Positions 50,060 to 60,631 of a DNA stretch of 64,000 bases are shown here, piece after piece. Position 1 is the first letter of the stretch. The number at the start of each line of letters is the position of its first letter. The notes beneath the pieces were generated by a model. That model made no database searches and was not told where the DNA came from. It saw nothing but the letters and a program-made list of their open reading frames with translations. A program made the position numbers and the translations under genes. This stretch comes from an uncultured Gemmatimonadales bacterium (lineage in GTDB: Bacteria > Gemmatimonadota > Gemmatimonadetes > Longimicrobiales > RSA9), in the NCBI GenBank assembly GCA_963741945.1, contig CAVUKA010000001.1, positions 1,088,001 to 1,152,000 on the forward strand, written 5' to 3'.

Positions 50060-52399
50060 ATGAACCGAGCCCTCGTTCTGGCTTTCGCGCTCGTCCTGCC
50101 GGCCTGCGCCAGGTCCGGTGTCGGCATCCCCCTCGAATCGCGCGTGCCGCCCGGCGGCGTGCCATACCCGGCGAACCCGCTCGAGCCACACCTGACCGAG
50201 CTCCGGCGGGTGACGGACGGTGGCCAGAACGCCGAGGCCTACTTCTCGCCGGATGGCCAGCGGCTGATCTTCCAGGCCGTGATGCCCGGCGTGTCGGCGT
50301 GTGATCAGCAGTTCACCATGACACTGGACGGGCAGAACCTGCGGCGCGTGTCCAACGGTGACGGCCGGACCACGTGCGGGTACTTCTTCGACGGTGGGGA
50401 GCGGATCCTCTACAGCTCCACGTTGGCGAGCGGGGCGGCTTGTCCGGCCGAGCCCGACATGTCCCGCGGCTATGTCTGGGGACTGTACGATTACGACATC
50501 TACGCCGCGGACGATGACGGCGGGAAGCCCGTCCGCATCTTCGGCTCGCCCGTCTACGACGCGGAAGCGACGCTCTCCCCCGACGGCGCCACGGTGGTGT
50601 TCACCTCCGCCCGGGATGGGGACCTCGAGATCTACACGATGCGACCGGACGGCTCCGACGTGCGCAGGCTCACGCACGAGGTGGGCTACGACGGCGGCCC
50701 GTTCTTCAGCCCGGACGGGAAACGGATCGTGTACCGCGCGTCTCATCCCACCGACCCGCGGGCAGTGGCGGACTACCAGGCACTCCTCGAGCAGGGAATG
50801 ATCCGTCCCACCGCGCTGGACATCTGGATCATGAACGCGGACGGGAGCGGGAAGACGCGCCTGACCGACAACGGCAAGGCCAACTTCGCGCCGTTCTTCA
50901 GCCCGTCGGGCAGGAGGGTGATCTTCTCCAGCAACATGCAGGACCCGCGGGGCCGCGATTTCGACCTGTACCTCATCAACGACGACGGAACGGGACTCGA
51001 GCGCGTCACGGTCACGCCTGAATTCGATGGCTTCCCCATGTGGAGCCCCGCCGATCCCACATCGTTCGTGTTCGCGTCCAACCGCGGCGGGAGCGTGGAA
51101 GGGGAGACCAACATCTTCCTGGCCCGCTGGCTGGAGGACGTCGCGCTTTTCGCCCCCACGGTGGGCGGCGGCGACGCGGCGGGCGCAGCGTGCCCGGCGT
51201 TCGACCCCGACGACCTGGCCGGCGACATCGCCGATGCCACCGGCCGATACCTGGCCGACGACGCGCTCCAGGGCCGCTACGCGGGCAGCGCCGGCGCGGG
51301 CTGCGCGGCCGAGCTCGTCGCCTATGCGTTCCGTCGCCTGGGGCTCGCACCGGCGGGCGACGACGGCACCTACTTCCAGGACGTCCCGCTGGCCAGCGCG
51401 GTGAACCCCCACGCCCCGGGCGGCACCGGACGGAACGTGGTGGCGATGCTTCCCGGCACGGACCGGCGCCTGGCGGCGGAGTACGTGGTGATGGGCGCCC
51501 ATTACGACCACCTCGGGACGGGCGGATTCAACTCCCTGGCGCCGGAGCAGCACGCCATCCACAACGGCGCGGATGACAACGCCAGCGGGGTGGCGGCGAT
51601 GATCGACGCGGCGGAGCGGCTGGCCATCGGTCCCCGCCCGCGTCGCCCGGTGGTGTTCATCGCGTTCACCGGGGAGGAGGAGGGCCTGCTCGGGTCGTCG
51701 CACTGGGTGAAGCAGCCCACGGTGCCGCTGGACAGTGTGGTGGCCATGCTCAACCTGGACATGGTGGGGCGGCTGAAGGAGAACGGTCTGGTGGTCTACG
51801 GCACGGGCACGGCGGCGGAGTGGGAGGGGCTGGTGACGCCGGAGCTGGACCGCCTCGGGATCACGCGCCGGAGCTTCATCCCGGACGGCTACGGCTCCAG
51901 CGACCAGACGCCGTTCTACATGAACGGGGTCCCCGTGCTCCATTTCTTCACCAACACGCACTCCGACTACCACCGCCCCGGCGATGACTGGGAAAAGATC
52001 GACGTCCCGGGGCTCCACGCGGTGTCGGAGCTGGTGGCCTCACTGGCGCGGCAGGTGGGGAGCGGCGAACGGATGGCCGTGATCCCGGACGTGGGGAAGC
52101 CCGAGCCCGCGGCGGCGGCCACGTCGCCCGGCTACGGTGCGTATCTCGGGTCGATCCCGGATTTCAGCCCGGTGGAGCGTGGTGTGCTCCTGGGCGGCGT
52201 TCGGGAAGGCTCGCCCGCCGACCTCGCCGGGCTGCGGAAGGGAGACGTGATCGTCCGGCTGGGCGGGATGGACATCGCGGACCTGTACGGCCTGACCGAC
52301 GCGCTGCGCGCCCACAAGCCGGGCGACACCGTCGAGATCGCGTGGCTGCGGGACGGGCAAACCATGCGGGGCACCACCACGCTCGGGGCCCGGCCGTAG
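50060..52399 (+). CDS. Lipoprotein: TolB/PD40 beta-propeller + M28 aminopeptidase + PDZ domain
   Basis: Lipobox LPAC and FSPDG repeats. M28 motifs GAHYDHLG, GADDNASG, FTGEEEGLLGS, NLDMVG, SDQ, DYH. PDZ 'YLGSIPD...GSPADLAGLRKGDVI'. Confidence 0.88.
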   Translation: MNRALVLAFALVLPACARSGVGIPLESRVPPGGVPYPANPLEPHLTELRRVTDGGQNAEAYFSPDGQRLIFQAVMPGVSACDQQFTMTLDGQNLRRVSNGDGRTTCGYFFDGGERILYSSTLASGAACPAEPDMSRGYVWGLYDYDIYAADDDGGKPVRIFGSPVYDAEATLSPDGATVVFTSARDGDLEIYTMRPDGSDVRRLTHEVGYDGGPFFSPDGKRIVYRASHPTDPRAVADYQALLEQGMIRPTALDIWIMNADGSGKTRLTDNGKANFAPFFSPSGRRVIFSSNMQDPRGRDFDLYLINDDGTGLERVTVTPEFDGFPMWSPADPTSFVFASNRGGSVEGETNIFLARWLEDVALFAPTVGGGDAAGAACPAFDPDDLAGDIADATGRYLADDALQGRYAGSAGAGCAAELVAYAFRRLGLAPAGDDGTYFQDVPLASAVNPHAPGGTGRNVVAMLPGTDRRLAAEYVVMGAHYDHLGTGGFNSLAPEQHAIHNGADDNASGVAAMIDAAERLAIGPRPRRPVVFIAFTGEEEGLLGSSHWVKQPTVPLDSVVAMLNLDMVGRLKENGLVVYGTGTAAEWEGLVTPELDRLGITRRSFIPDGYGSSDQTPFYMNGVPVLHFFTNTHSDYHRPGDDWEKIDVPGLHAVSELVASLARQVGSGERMAVIPDVGKPEPAAAATSPGYGAYLGSIPDFSPVERGVLLGGVREGSPADLAGLRKGDVIVRLGGMDIADLYGLTDALRAHKPGDTVEIAWLRDGQTMRGTTTLGARP

Positions 52400-52426
52400 A
52401 CGCGGGCCCCCGGGCGGAATGCGGGC

Positions 52427-53431
52427 TCAGCCCCGCGTCGCTCCGGAAGCCGAGGTGAGCGCGGCCTCCACGTCGTCCGGGAGCGGGACCGGCGGCGCAT
52501 CGGCGTAGACCGGCGCCGACAGGTACCGCTCGCCGAAATCGGCGATCACGGCCACCACAAGCTTCCCCTCGTTCTCCGACCGGGCGGCCACGTTCAGCGC
52601 CGCGCGCGTGATGGCGCCCGAGGAGATCCCGGCGAAGATGGCCTCCTCGCGGGCGAGCCGGCGGGCGGTCTCCACGGCCTCTTCGTTCGTGGTCTGGACC
52701 ACCTCGTCGATCAGCGCCGTGTCCAGCACGGCCGGAACGAAGCCGGCCCCGATCCCCTGCTGCTTGTGCGGCCCCGGCTCCCCGCCGGAAAGGACGGGGC
52801 TCTCGGCCGGCTCCACCGCCACCACGCGGATCCCGGGGTTCCGCTCCTTCAGGTAGCGCCCCGTCCCCGTCAGCGTGCCACCGGTCCCCACGCCGGCCAC
52901 CAGGATGTCCACTTCACCGGCCGTGTCCTCCCAGATCTCCGGCCCCGTGGTCCGGTAGTGGATGCGCGGGTTGGACGAGTTCTCGAACTGCTGCGGCATC
53001 CAGGCGGTGTCGCCCAGGGCGCGCGCGATTTCCGTCGCCCGCTGGATGGCGCCCTTCATCCCCTGCGACCCGGGCGTGAGCACCACCCGGGCCCCCAGCG
53101 CCGCCAGCATGCGACGTCGCTCGACGGTCATGCTGTCCGGCATCGTCAGGATGCAGGGGAAGCCGTGAGCGGTGGCCGCGAACGTCACGCCGATCCCCGT
53201 GTTCCCGCTGGTCGGCTCCACCACCACCATCCCGTCGCGCAGGGCACCGGTCTCGAGCGCAACCTCCACCATGGCCACGCCGATCCGGTCCTTCACCGAG
53301 CCGTACGGCTCGAATCCTTCGTGCTTCACCACCACCCGGGCGGGCAGCCCCTCCGCCAGACGACGAAGCCGGATCAGTGGCGTGTCCCCGATGGTCTGCG
53401 TGATGTCGTCGTAAATGCGGCCGCGCGGCAT
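52427..53431 (-). CDS. cysK: Cysteine synthase A
   Basis: IGDTPLI, SVKDRIG, EPTSGNTG, QQFEN, GVGTGGT, HKQQGIGAGF, GISSGA, GERYLS. Confidence 0.93.
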   Translation of the reverse strand: MPRGRIYDDITQTIGDTPLIRLRRLAEGLPARVVVKHEGFEPYGSVKDRIGVAMVEVALETGALRDGMVVVEPTSGNTGIGVTFAATAHGFPCILTMPDSMTVERRRMLAALGARVVLTPGSQGMKGAIQRATEIARALGDTAWMPQQFENSSNPRIHYRTTGPEIWEDTAGEVDILVAGVGTGGTLTGTGRYLKERNPGIRVVAVEPAESPVLSGGEPGPHKQQGIGAGFVPAVLDTALIDEVVQTTNEEAVETARRLAREEAIFAGISSGAITRAALNVAARSENEGKLVVAVIADFGERYLSAPVYADAPPVPLPDDVEAALTSASGATRG

Positions 53432-53591
53432 GACTCCCCCTTCACCAAATGGAAACGGCCCGCGCCATCGGTGCGCAGGCCGTCATCGGATCTCCTCAAC
53501 CATAGCGGCAGCCGGGGCCACCCCGCCACCTCACCGGGGACCCGGGCGTCGGCCGCGGCGGTAGCGGCTGGCGCGACCGCCCGTCGCGTGG

Positions 53592-54611
53592 CTACGCCAC
53601 GGCCACGAAGTCCGCCATCTCGACGAGGCCGCTCTCCATGCAGGCGCGACGGATCTCGCTCCGGGCGCCCTCCTGCCCCACGGCGGCGAGGACCAGTGCG
53701 CGCTCCGTCGCCGGCCCGGCATGGCGCCGGACCTCCCCCGGAGTGATGACGGGAGCGCCGTGGATCTCCTGGCCGATCTTCCGGGGGTCCAGGTCCACGA
53801 AGGCGACGGTGCGCGTCCCCGCGCTCGCCAGGTCGCGGGCGAACGCTTTCCCGACCGGACCGGCACCCCAGACCACGGCGGGCCGGCCAGCGGCGAGGAG
53901 CGTGCGGCGGAGGAAGTGCACCTTGATCCGGCGAAACGCCGCTTCGGAGTACCGCGCGTCGGTACGGGAAGCGCGGTCCGTGCGCTCCCTCCATTCGTGG
54001 AGCACGCCTGGCAGCTTGGCCATGCGGTGCCCGGCGGTCCACAGTCGAAGCACGAGATCGTAGTCCTCGGGCCAGCCGAGGTCGCGGTAGCCGCCCACGG
54101 CCGTGAGGACATGGCGCCGGATCATGAGGGTGGGGTGCGGGATCGGGCACTCCACGAAGATGTTGCGCCCGATGTCGTCGTGCGTGAGGAGGCCGTTGAC
54201 CCACGCCTCGTACCGCCGGGCACCGTCGCGCACGGCCGACCGGGGGAAATACCGCACGCCCGTGCCGCAGGCGGCGAGGCCGGGATCGGCGTCCATGAGC
54301 GCCACCTGCCGGGCCAGCCGAACGGGCGCGGCAACGTCGTCGGCATCCATCCGGGCCACCAGCTCGCCACGTGCCTCGGCCAGCCCGCTGGCGAGGGCGG
54401 GAACGATGCCGCGCGGCTCGGTGCGGAGGATGCGGACGCGGCCGTCGTCCCGGGCCCAGGCGCGGAGCGTCGCGAACGTCGCATCGGCGGACCCGTCATC
54501 GATGGCCAGGACCTCGAAATCGCGGAGCGTCTGGGCCTGCATGGAAGCGATGGCCGCGGGCAGCGTGGCTGCCGCATCACGGCACGGGATGACCACGGCG
54601 ACGCGGGGCAC
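53592..54611 (-). CDS. GT2 family glycosyltransferase with C-terminal Rossmann-like domain (B3GNTL1/QTGAL-like architecture)
   Basis: VVIPCRD, IDDGSAD, ARMDADD, HPT, PEDY, then WGAGPVGK...VAFVDLDPRKIG...GLVEMADF. Confidence 0.85.
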   Translation of the reverse strand: MPRVAVVIPCRDAAATLPAAIASMQAQTLRDFEVLAIDDGSADATFATLRAWARDDGRVRILRTEPRGIVPALASGLAEARGELVARMDADDVAAPVRLARQVALMDADPGLAACGTGVRYFPRSAVRDGARRYEAWVNGLLTHDDIGRNIFVECPIPHPTLMIRRHVLTAVGGYRDLGWPEDYDLVLRLWTAGHRMAKLPGVLHEWRERTDRASRTDARYSEAAFRRIKVHFLRRTLLAAGRPAVVWGAGPVGKAFARDLASAGTRTVAFVDLDPRKIGQEIHGAPVITPGEVRRHAGPATERALVLAAVGQEGARSEIRRACMESGLVEMADFVAVA

Positions 54612-54616
54612 GCGGC

Positions 54617-57589
54617 CTATTCCTTCGCCTTCCTCGCGACCGCGGCCGCGACCGCGTCCACGAGGGCGGCGGGAGTGAACGGCTTGGCGAGGAACAGCGC
54701 GTCTTCCATGTCGCCGCCACCGGCCCGGTCATCGTCATCGTAGCCGGACATGAAGAGGACGGGCAGCCCGGGCCGGAGCTCGCGCAGGGCGGCGGCCAGG
54801 CCATGGCCACCCAGCTCGGGCATGACCAGGTCGGTGACCACCACGTGGATCTCGTCCGCGTGGCCCTGGAAGACCCGCAGCCCGTCCACGCCGTTGGCTG
54901 CGTCGAGAACGGTGTAGCCCGCCCGCTCCAGCACCCGCACGGCCAGGCGACGGACCGCGGGCTCATCCTCCACCACCAGGACGGTGGTCGCCGGAGCCGG
55001 ACACGCCGATCCGGGACTGGCCGGCGGCTCCGGGGCGCTCCCCTCCGCAGTCTCGGCCACCGGGAGCAATACGGCGATGCGACTCCCGCCTCCGGGCTCG
55101 CTCGTGGCCACCACGTGCCCACCGCTCTGCTTGACGATGCCGAACACCGTGGACAGTCCCAGGCCGAGCCCCTTCCCCCGCTCCTTTGTGGTGTAGAACG
55201 GCTCGAAGATCCGCTCGAGCGTGTCCGGATCCATGCCGGTACCCGTGTCCTCCACGGCGACGCTGAGGAAGCGGCCGGGCTCGACGCCCCAGCTCTCGAC
55301 CTCGTCGTCCCCATCGGACAGGTCGAAATTCTGCGTGCGGAGCGTCAGCGTGCCGCCGTCCGGCATGGCGTCGCGGGCGTTCACCACGAGATTCACCAGC
55401 ACCTGCTCGAGCTGTCCCCGGTCGACGAACACGCGGGCATCGGCGGCGAGGAGCCGGGTGGAGCGGTGGATGTGCTCGCCAATGAGTCGTCCGAGCATGC
55501 GCTCGAGCTCGCCGATCACGGCATGGACATCCACGGCCTGCGGCCGCAGCACCTGGCGGCGACTGAATGCCAGCAGCTGCTGCGTCAGCGACGCCGCCCG
55601 GGCGCCCGCCCGCTCGATCTCCTCCAGTTCCGCTCTCAGCGGAGAATCGGGATCCAGGTCGCCGAGGAGGAACCTGGCCTGGCCGTTGATCACGGTCAGG
55701 AGATTGTTGAAGTCGTGCGCGATCCCGCCCGCCAGCTTGCCCACGGCCTCCAGCTTCTGGCCATGTCGCAGCTCCTCCTCGCGCTCCCAGATGCGACGCT
55801 CCGCCGCGCGCCGCTCGGTGATGTCACGGTAGAGCACGTAGAGCTGCGGCGGCTCGCCGCCAATCCGGATCTGTCGGGCCAGAAGGGAAACATCCACGCG
55901 CCCGCCCAGCTTCCGCTGCCGGACCGTCTCCGCGCGGGCCACACCCCCGGTCAGCGCCATTCTGGTCAGCTGCACGCTCTCGTCCTGCAGATCCGGGGGC
56001 ACGATGAGCGCCGCGAGCCGGTGCCCCACGGCCTCTTCCCGGCTGTGGCCGAACATGCGGGTGAACTCGCCGTTCACGCGCAGCACCGCCCCGTCCGCGT
56101 CCGTCAGCGCCACGGCTTCAGGCGAGCTCTCGAACAGCTCGGCGAAGTAGCGGCGCTGGATCTCTGCCTGCTGCCTTGCCTCGATCTCCTCGGTCATGTC
56201 GAGCGCCACACCGAGCACGGAGACGACGTTCCCCTCATCCAGCACCGGGATGCTCACACCGCGGATCCATCTGGGACCCCGGGGCGTGACCAGCCCCATC
56301 TCGTACTCGCGCGCGGCCCCACGCAGGACCTCTCCGAATATTCCCCACGCCCGCTCCCGCTCTTCCGGGTCGATGACATCGTCGAAGCTCCGGCCGAGGA
56401 ACTCCGCCGGCTCCGCGCCGAACAGGTCCCGGGCGACGGGATTCAGCCGCAGGATCCTCCCCTCGGGGGAGAACTCGTAAACGACTGCGGGGCTGTGCTC
56501 CACCAGGCTCCGGAAGCGCATTTCCGCCGCCGCGAGCGCCTGGTCCGAGCGCAGCCGGTCACGGACGTCCCGCGCCACGATCAGCGTTGCCACCGGCCGG
56601 CGCCGGAAGCGGAGTTGCCGGGTGGAGACACTCACGGCAACGGGAGTTTTCCCTGGGGGCAGCATCCAGAGGCGCTCGTTCTGGACCGTGTCGTCCGCTG
56701 ATGGCAGCCACGGGTGCAGCCGGTCCTCGCTCACGCCCGTGGCCATGAGCTCGTCCACCCGCGCTCCCGTCAGACTGGCGTGCCGCCGCCCGAGCAGCCG
56801 CCCCGCGGCGGGGTTGGCGCCGCGCACGCGGCCGGCCGAGTCGGCGACCAGCACGGCTTCGGACATGGTGCGGAGGACTTCGTCCGCACCGGACGCGTGG
56901 AGGAGGGAGAAGACGCGCCAGCGCCCGGCCACGAGACTGACGAGCAGCGCAGCCGTGGCGAGCGACACGGGCGTGAGCACGCCCGCGCGGTACACGGCGG
57001 TGGGGAGCCAGTAATCGGCGAGCGCGCCGAACCCCAGGATGCCGGCCAGCGCCAGGACGTGAAGCTCACGGCGCTCGTCGCGGGTGGCGGCGTGCCGCTG
57101 TGCGGTCCACAGCTCCCACACCGCGAGTCCGATGACGGTGGCGATCCAGCCGAAATAGAGCGCGCCCAGCCAGCCGAAGCGGGTCAGCGCGTGGCTTCGC
57201 GTGAACGATTCCAGCCCGACCACGAGCCAGGGGCCGGCAGAGGAGAGCGCGGAGAACCCGGCGGCCACGGCCCAGAACGTCTGCTGGCGCCGCCGTCGCC
57301 GGACGCCCGCGAGCGTGGTGGCGACGAGGTGGGCGGCGGGCGCGGAGAACGGGTCGAACAGGAAAGCGACGCGAAGCCACAGCCGCGTCCCCTCACCCGG
57401 CTGGGCGAGGATAGCCATCCCGAGCGGAGGCAGCCACGCGGCGATCACCACGGTGACGAGGAAGAAGCGGCGGCTCGGGCCGGAGAAGTGCTCGTACAGC
57501 AGGATAGCCGCGCCGAAGCCGAGAACGACCAGGGCGGCGCCGAAGTACAGAGCTGCCAGCGGACTCCACGTGTATGCCACGTCCTTCAC
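54617..57589 (-). CDS. Hybrid sensor histidine kinase (7TM sensor - 3 PAS - HisKA/HATPase - REC)
   Basis: About 7 TM helices, three PAS repeats, AGGIAHDFNNLL H-box, NLVVNARDAM, DTGTGM, FYTTK, GLGLGL, VLVVEDE/VVTDLVMP/KPF. Confidence 0.92.
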   Translation of the reverse strand: MKDVAYTWSPLAALYFGAALVVLGFGAAILLYEHFSGPSRRFFLVTVVIAAWLPPLGMAILAQPGEGTRLWLRVAFLFDPFSAPAAHLVATTLAGVRRRRRQQTFWAVAAGFSALSSAGPWLVVGLESFTRSHALTRFGWLGALYFGWIATVIGLAVWELWTAQRHAATRDERRELHVLALAGILGFGALADYWLPTAVYRAGVLTPVSLATAALLVSLVAGRWRVFSLLHASGADEVLRTMSEAVLVADSAGRVRGANPAAGRLLGRRHASLTGARVDELMATGVSEDRLHPWLPSADDTVQNERLWMLPPGKTPVAVSVSTRQLRFRRRPVATLIVARDVRDRLRSDQALAAAEMRFRSLVEHSPAVVYEFSPEGRILRLNPVARDLFGAEPAEFLGRSFDDVIDPEERERAWGIFGEVLRGAAREYEMGLVTPRGPRWIRGVSIPVLDEGNVVSVLGVALDMTEEIEARQQAEIQRRYFAELFESSPEAVALTDADGAVLRVNGEFTRMFGHSREEAVGHRLAALIVPPDLQDESVQLTRMALTGGVARAETVRQRKLGGRVDVSLLARQIRIGGEPPQLYVLYRDITERRAAERRIWEREEELRHGQKLEAVGKLAGGIAHDFNNLLTVINGQARFLLGDLDPDSPLRAELEEIERAGARAASLTQQLLAFSRRQVLRPQAVDVHAVIGELERMLGRLIGEHIHRSTRLLAADARVFVDRGQLEQVLVNLVVNARDAMPDGGTLTLRTQNFDLSDGDDEVESWGVEPGRFLSVAVEDTGTGMDPDTLERIFEPFYTTKERGKGLGLGLSTVFGIVKQSGGHVVATSEPGGGSRIAVLLPVAETAEGSAPEPPASPGSACPAPATTVLVVEDEPAVRRLAVRVLERAGYTVLDAANGVDGLRVFQGHADEIHVVVTDLVMPELGGHGLAAALRELRPGLPVLFMSGYDDDDRAGGGDMEDALFLAKPFTPAALVDAVAAAVARKAKE

Positions 57590-57673
57590 CCGCAGATGTG
57601 ATCGGGCGTTGATTCTCCGGCCCTGAAACAGTATCGGCCGGGGGAGGCACGGCTTGAGTGGCCGCCCGGCGGC

Positions 57674-60631
57674 TCAGCGGGGAGGGGAGCCGATCGCCTG
57701 AAACAACGGTCGAAGGTAGGCCCCGGTGTAGGACGCCGCCACTTCCGCCACCCGGGCCGGCGGGCCGGCGGCAACGATCCGACCACCACCAGCGCCGGCT
57801 TCGGGTCCGAGGTCGATCACCCAGTCGGCCGCCCGGATCACATCGAGGTTGTGCTCGATCACCACCACCGTGTGCCCGGCGTCCACCAGCTTCTGCAGGA
57901 CGTCCAGGAGCTTCTGGACCTCCGGACCGCTCAGGCCGGTGGTGGGCTCATCCATGATATACAGGCGCTTTCCCCGCTTCTTTCCCGCCCCTGCCAGCTC
58001 CCGCGCGATCTTCATCCGCTGCGCCTCGCCACCGCTCAGCGTGGGCGCGGCCTGGCCGAGCCGCAGGTACCCGAGCCCCACCTGCTGGAGCTGCCAGAGC
58101 ATCCGCCCGAGGCGGTCCGCGCGGATGAAGAACTTGATCGCTTCATCCACGGTCATGTCCAGCACGTCCCGGATGCTCTTCCCCTTCACTTTCACTTCCA
58201 GCGTCTCCGGACTGTAGCGTGCGCCGCCACAGGCATCGCACGGGACGTAGACGTCCGCCATGAAGACCATCTCCACCTGCACCACGCCGTCCCCTTTGCA
58301 CGCCTCGCAGCGCCCACCCTTCGTGTTGAAGCTGAAGCGACCGGGCTTGTAGCCGCGCTCCCGGGACAGCGGCAGCTCCGCGAAGATCCGCCGGATCTCG
58401 TCGAACGCCTTCGTGTACGTGGCCGGATTGGAGCGCGGCGTTCGGCCGATCGGCGACTGGTCCACCAGCACGGCCGCGTCCAGGTGCCCCAGCCCCTCGA
58501 TCCGCTGGTACGACCCCACGGCTTCGCCCAGGTGCTCCTTCGCCGTGTGCTCGCCGTGCAGCTCCCGCTCCAGGGCGCGGTACAGCACGTCGTGCACGAG
58601 CGTGGACTTCCCGCTCCCGCTCACCCCGCTCACCACCGTCAGCGTGCGCAGCGGGATCTCCACGTCCACCCCCTGCAGGTTGTGCAGCCGCGCCCCCTCG
58701 ATTCGCAGGCGCGGCCCATCCACGTCGCGATTCCTGCTCACGGCCCGGGCCGTCTCGCCCCGCAGATAGCGGGCGGTCGGCGAAGCGGGACCGGATGCGT
58801 CGCCGGAATCCGACGAAACCAGCTCCTCCAGCGTTCCCTGGAAAACCACCTCCCCCCCCTTCTCACCCGAGCCCGGGCCCAGCTCCAGGATGTGGTCGGC
58901 GCGCTCGATCATGGCCGGGTCGTGCTCCACCACCAGGACGGTGTTGCCGGCGTCGCGAAGCTTCTCCAGCAGAGAGATCAGGCGGTGGTTGTCCCGGGGG
59001 TGCAGTCCGATGGTGGGCTCGTCCAGCACATACAGCGTATCCACCAGCGAGGACCCCAGCGAGTTGGCCAGCGCGATCCGCTGCGCTTCGCCCCCGCTGA
59101 GCGTCCGCGTCTGGCGATCCAGCGTGAGATAGCCGAGCCCCACGTCGTCCAGGAACGAGAGGCGGGCCTCGATCTCGCGGAGGATCCCCACCGAGATCGC
59201 CCTCTCGGACGGCCGGAGGAGGGCATCGGGCTCGATCGCCGGCGCGGTCGCCGGGCTGCCGTCCGGGTCATCGCGCCCTTCCCCGTCACCGGACAGGCGG
59301 GCGAACCAGGACCGGGCGCTCTCGATGGTCAGCGCGGAGACCTCGCCGATGTCCCGGCCGCCGACCCGGACGTGGAGCGCTTCCGGCCGCAGGCGGGCGC
59401 CGCCGCACGCGGGGCAGGTCACCGCACGCTGGTACTTGCGCAGGAACACGCGGATGTACGCCTTGTACCGCTTCCGCTCCCTCGACTCGAGGAACGGAAT
59501 GACGCCCTGGAAGCTCCGCCCCTTCTCCCGCCGACGAGCCCCCTCGATCACGTGTCGCCGGAAACGCTCCGGCAGATCGCGCCAGGGCGTGTCCAGGTCC
59601 ACGCCACGCTGCTTCGCGAACTCGAACAGGCGCGCTCGGTACTTGCTCCGATACCGCTTCACCTCCCACGGCTCCACGGCGCCTTCCCGCAGCGAGCGCT
59701 CCGGCAGAGGGACGATCAGCGATTCGTCATACCGCAGGACCGCGCCAAACCCCGTGCATTCCTTGCACGAGCCGTACGGGTTGTTGAACGAGAACAGCCG
59801 GGGCGCCGGCTCCATGAACTGCACGTCCGGGTGGCGCTCGCAACGGAAGCGCTCGGAGAAGCCGAGGCGACGCAGGGGCGCCGAATCGTCGTCGAAGACG
59901 ACCACTCTCACCTCGCCTTCCCCCTCGGCGAACGCCGTCCCGATGGAGTCCGCCAGCCGCTCGCTTCCGGCCTCCGGATCCACTTTCAGCCGATCCACCA
60001 CCACGAGGAGCGAGGCGTCGGCGGCCAGGTCCCGGCCCAGGACGTCCGGGTCCTCGGCGCCCGGCTCATCGAACGTCAGCATGGCGTCGCCGGAAAGCAC
60101 GCGGACGAACCCCATCTCCCGGAGGTTCTCAACGATCTGCCGATGGCTCGCCCGCGCCGAGAGGGGGAGCGGGAAGGCAATGGCGATCCGCGTCCCCGGC
60201 TCCAGCGCCAGCACAGCGTCCGTGGCGCTCTGCACGGTGTCAGGACGGACTTCCTCCCCGCACTCCGGACAGTAGGTGCGGCCCGCGCGCGCCCAGAGAA
60301 GGCGGTAGTAGTCCTGCACCTCGGTGGCGGTCCCGACGGTAGAGCGGCTGGTCTTCGTCGGGTTCTTCTGCTCGATGGCCACGGCCGGCGCGATCCCCTC
60401 GACAGAGTCCACCGCCGGCTTTTCCATCCGCTCCAGGAACTGCTTGGCATACGTGGACAGGCTTTCCACGTACCGCCGCTGACCCTCGGCGTAGATGGTA
60501 TCGAACGCCAGCGAGCTCTTCCCCGACCCGCTCGGCCCCGTGACCACGATGAGGCGCCGGTGCGGGAGCTCGACGTCGAATCCCTTGAGATTGTGCTGCC
60601 GCGCGTTGCGAACGACAATGCGGTCCTTCAA
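57674..60631 (-). CDS. uvrA: Excinuclease ABC subunit A
   Basis: ARQHNLK, TGPSGSGKSSLAFDTIYAEGQRRY, LSGGEAQRI, DEPTIGLH, GVSGSGKST, DQSPIGRTPRSNP, Zn-finger CxxC pairs. Confidence 0.95.
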   Translation of the reverse strand: MKDRIVVRNARQHNLKGFDVELPHRRLIVVTGPSGSGKSSLAFDTIYAEGQRRYVESLSTYAKQFLERMEKPAVDSVEGIAPAVAIEQKNPTKTSRSTVGTATEVQDYYRLLWARAGRTYCPECGEEVRPDTVQSATDAVLALEPGTRIAIAFPLPLSARASHRQIVENLREMGFVRVLSGDAMLTFDEPGAEDPDVLGRDLAADASLLVVVDRLKVDPEAGSERLADSIGTAFAEGEGEVRVVVFDDDSAPLRRLGFSERFRCERHPDVQFMEPAPRLFSFNNPYGSCKECTGFGAVLRYDESLIVPLPERSLREGAVEPWEVKRYRSKYRARLFEFAKQRGVDLDTPWRDLPERFRRHVIEGARRREKGRSFQGVIPFLESRERKRYKAYIRVFLRKYQRAVTCPACGGARLRPEALHVRVGGRDIGEVSALTIESARSWFARLSGDGEGRDDPDGSPATAPAIEPDALLRPSERAISVGILREIEARLSFLDDVGLGYLTLDRQTRTLSGGEAQRIALANSLGSSLVDTLYVLDEPTIGLHPRDNHRLISLLEKLRDAGNTVLVVEHDPAMIERADHILELGPGSGEKGGEVVFQGTLEELVSSDSGDASGPASPTARYLRGETARAVSRNRDVDGPRLRIEGARLHNLQGVDVEIPLRTLTVVSGVSGSGKSTLVHDVLYRALERELHGEHTAKEHLGEAVGSYQRIEGLGHLDAAVLVDQSPIGRTPRSNPATYTKAFDEIRRIFAELPLSRERGYKPGRFSFNTKGGRCEACKGDGVVQVEMVFMADVYVPCDACGGARYSPETLEVKVKGKSIRDVLDMTVDEAIKFFIRADRLGRMLWQLQQVGLGYLRLGQAAPTLSGGEAQRMKIARELAGAGKKRGKRLYIMDEPTTGLSGPEVQKLLDVLQKLVDAGHTVVVIEHNLDVIRAADWVIDLGPEAGAGGGRIVAAGPPARVAEVAASYTGAYLRPLFQAIGSPPR

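Noticed and set aside
47126-52018. 1630-aa minus-strand ORF
   Set aside because: Antisense shadow of well-supported plus-strand genes in high-GC DNA, with no protein motifs.
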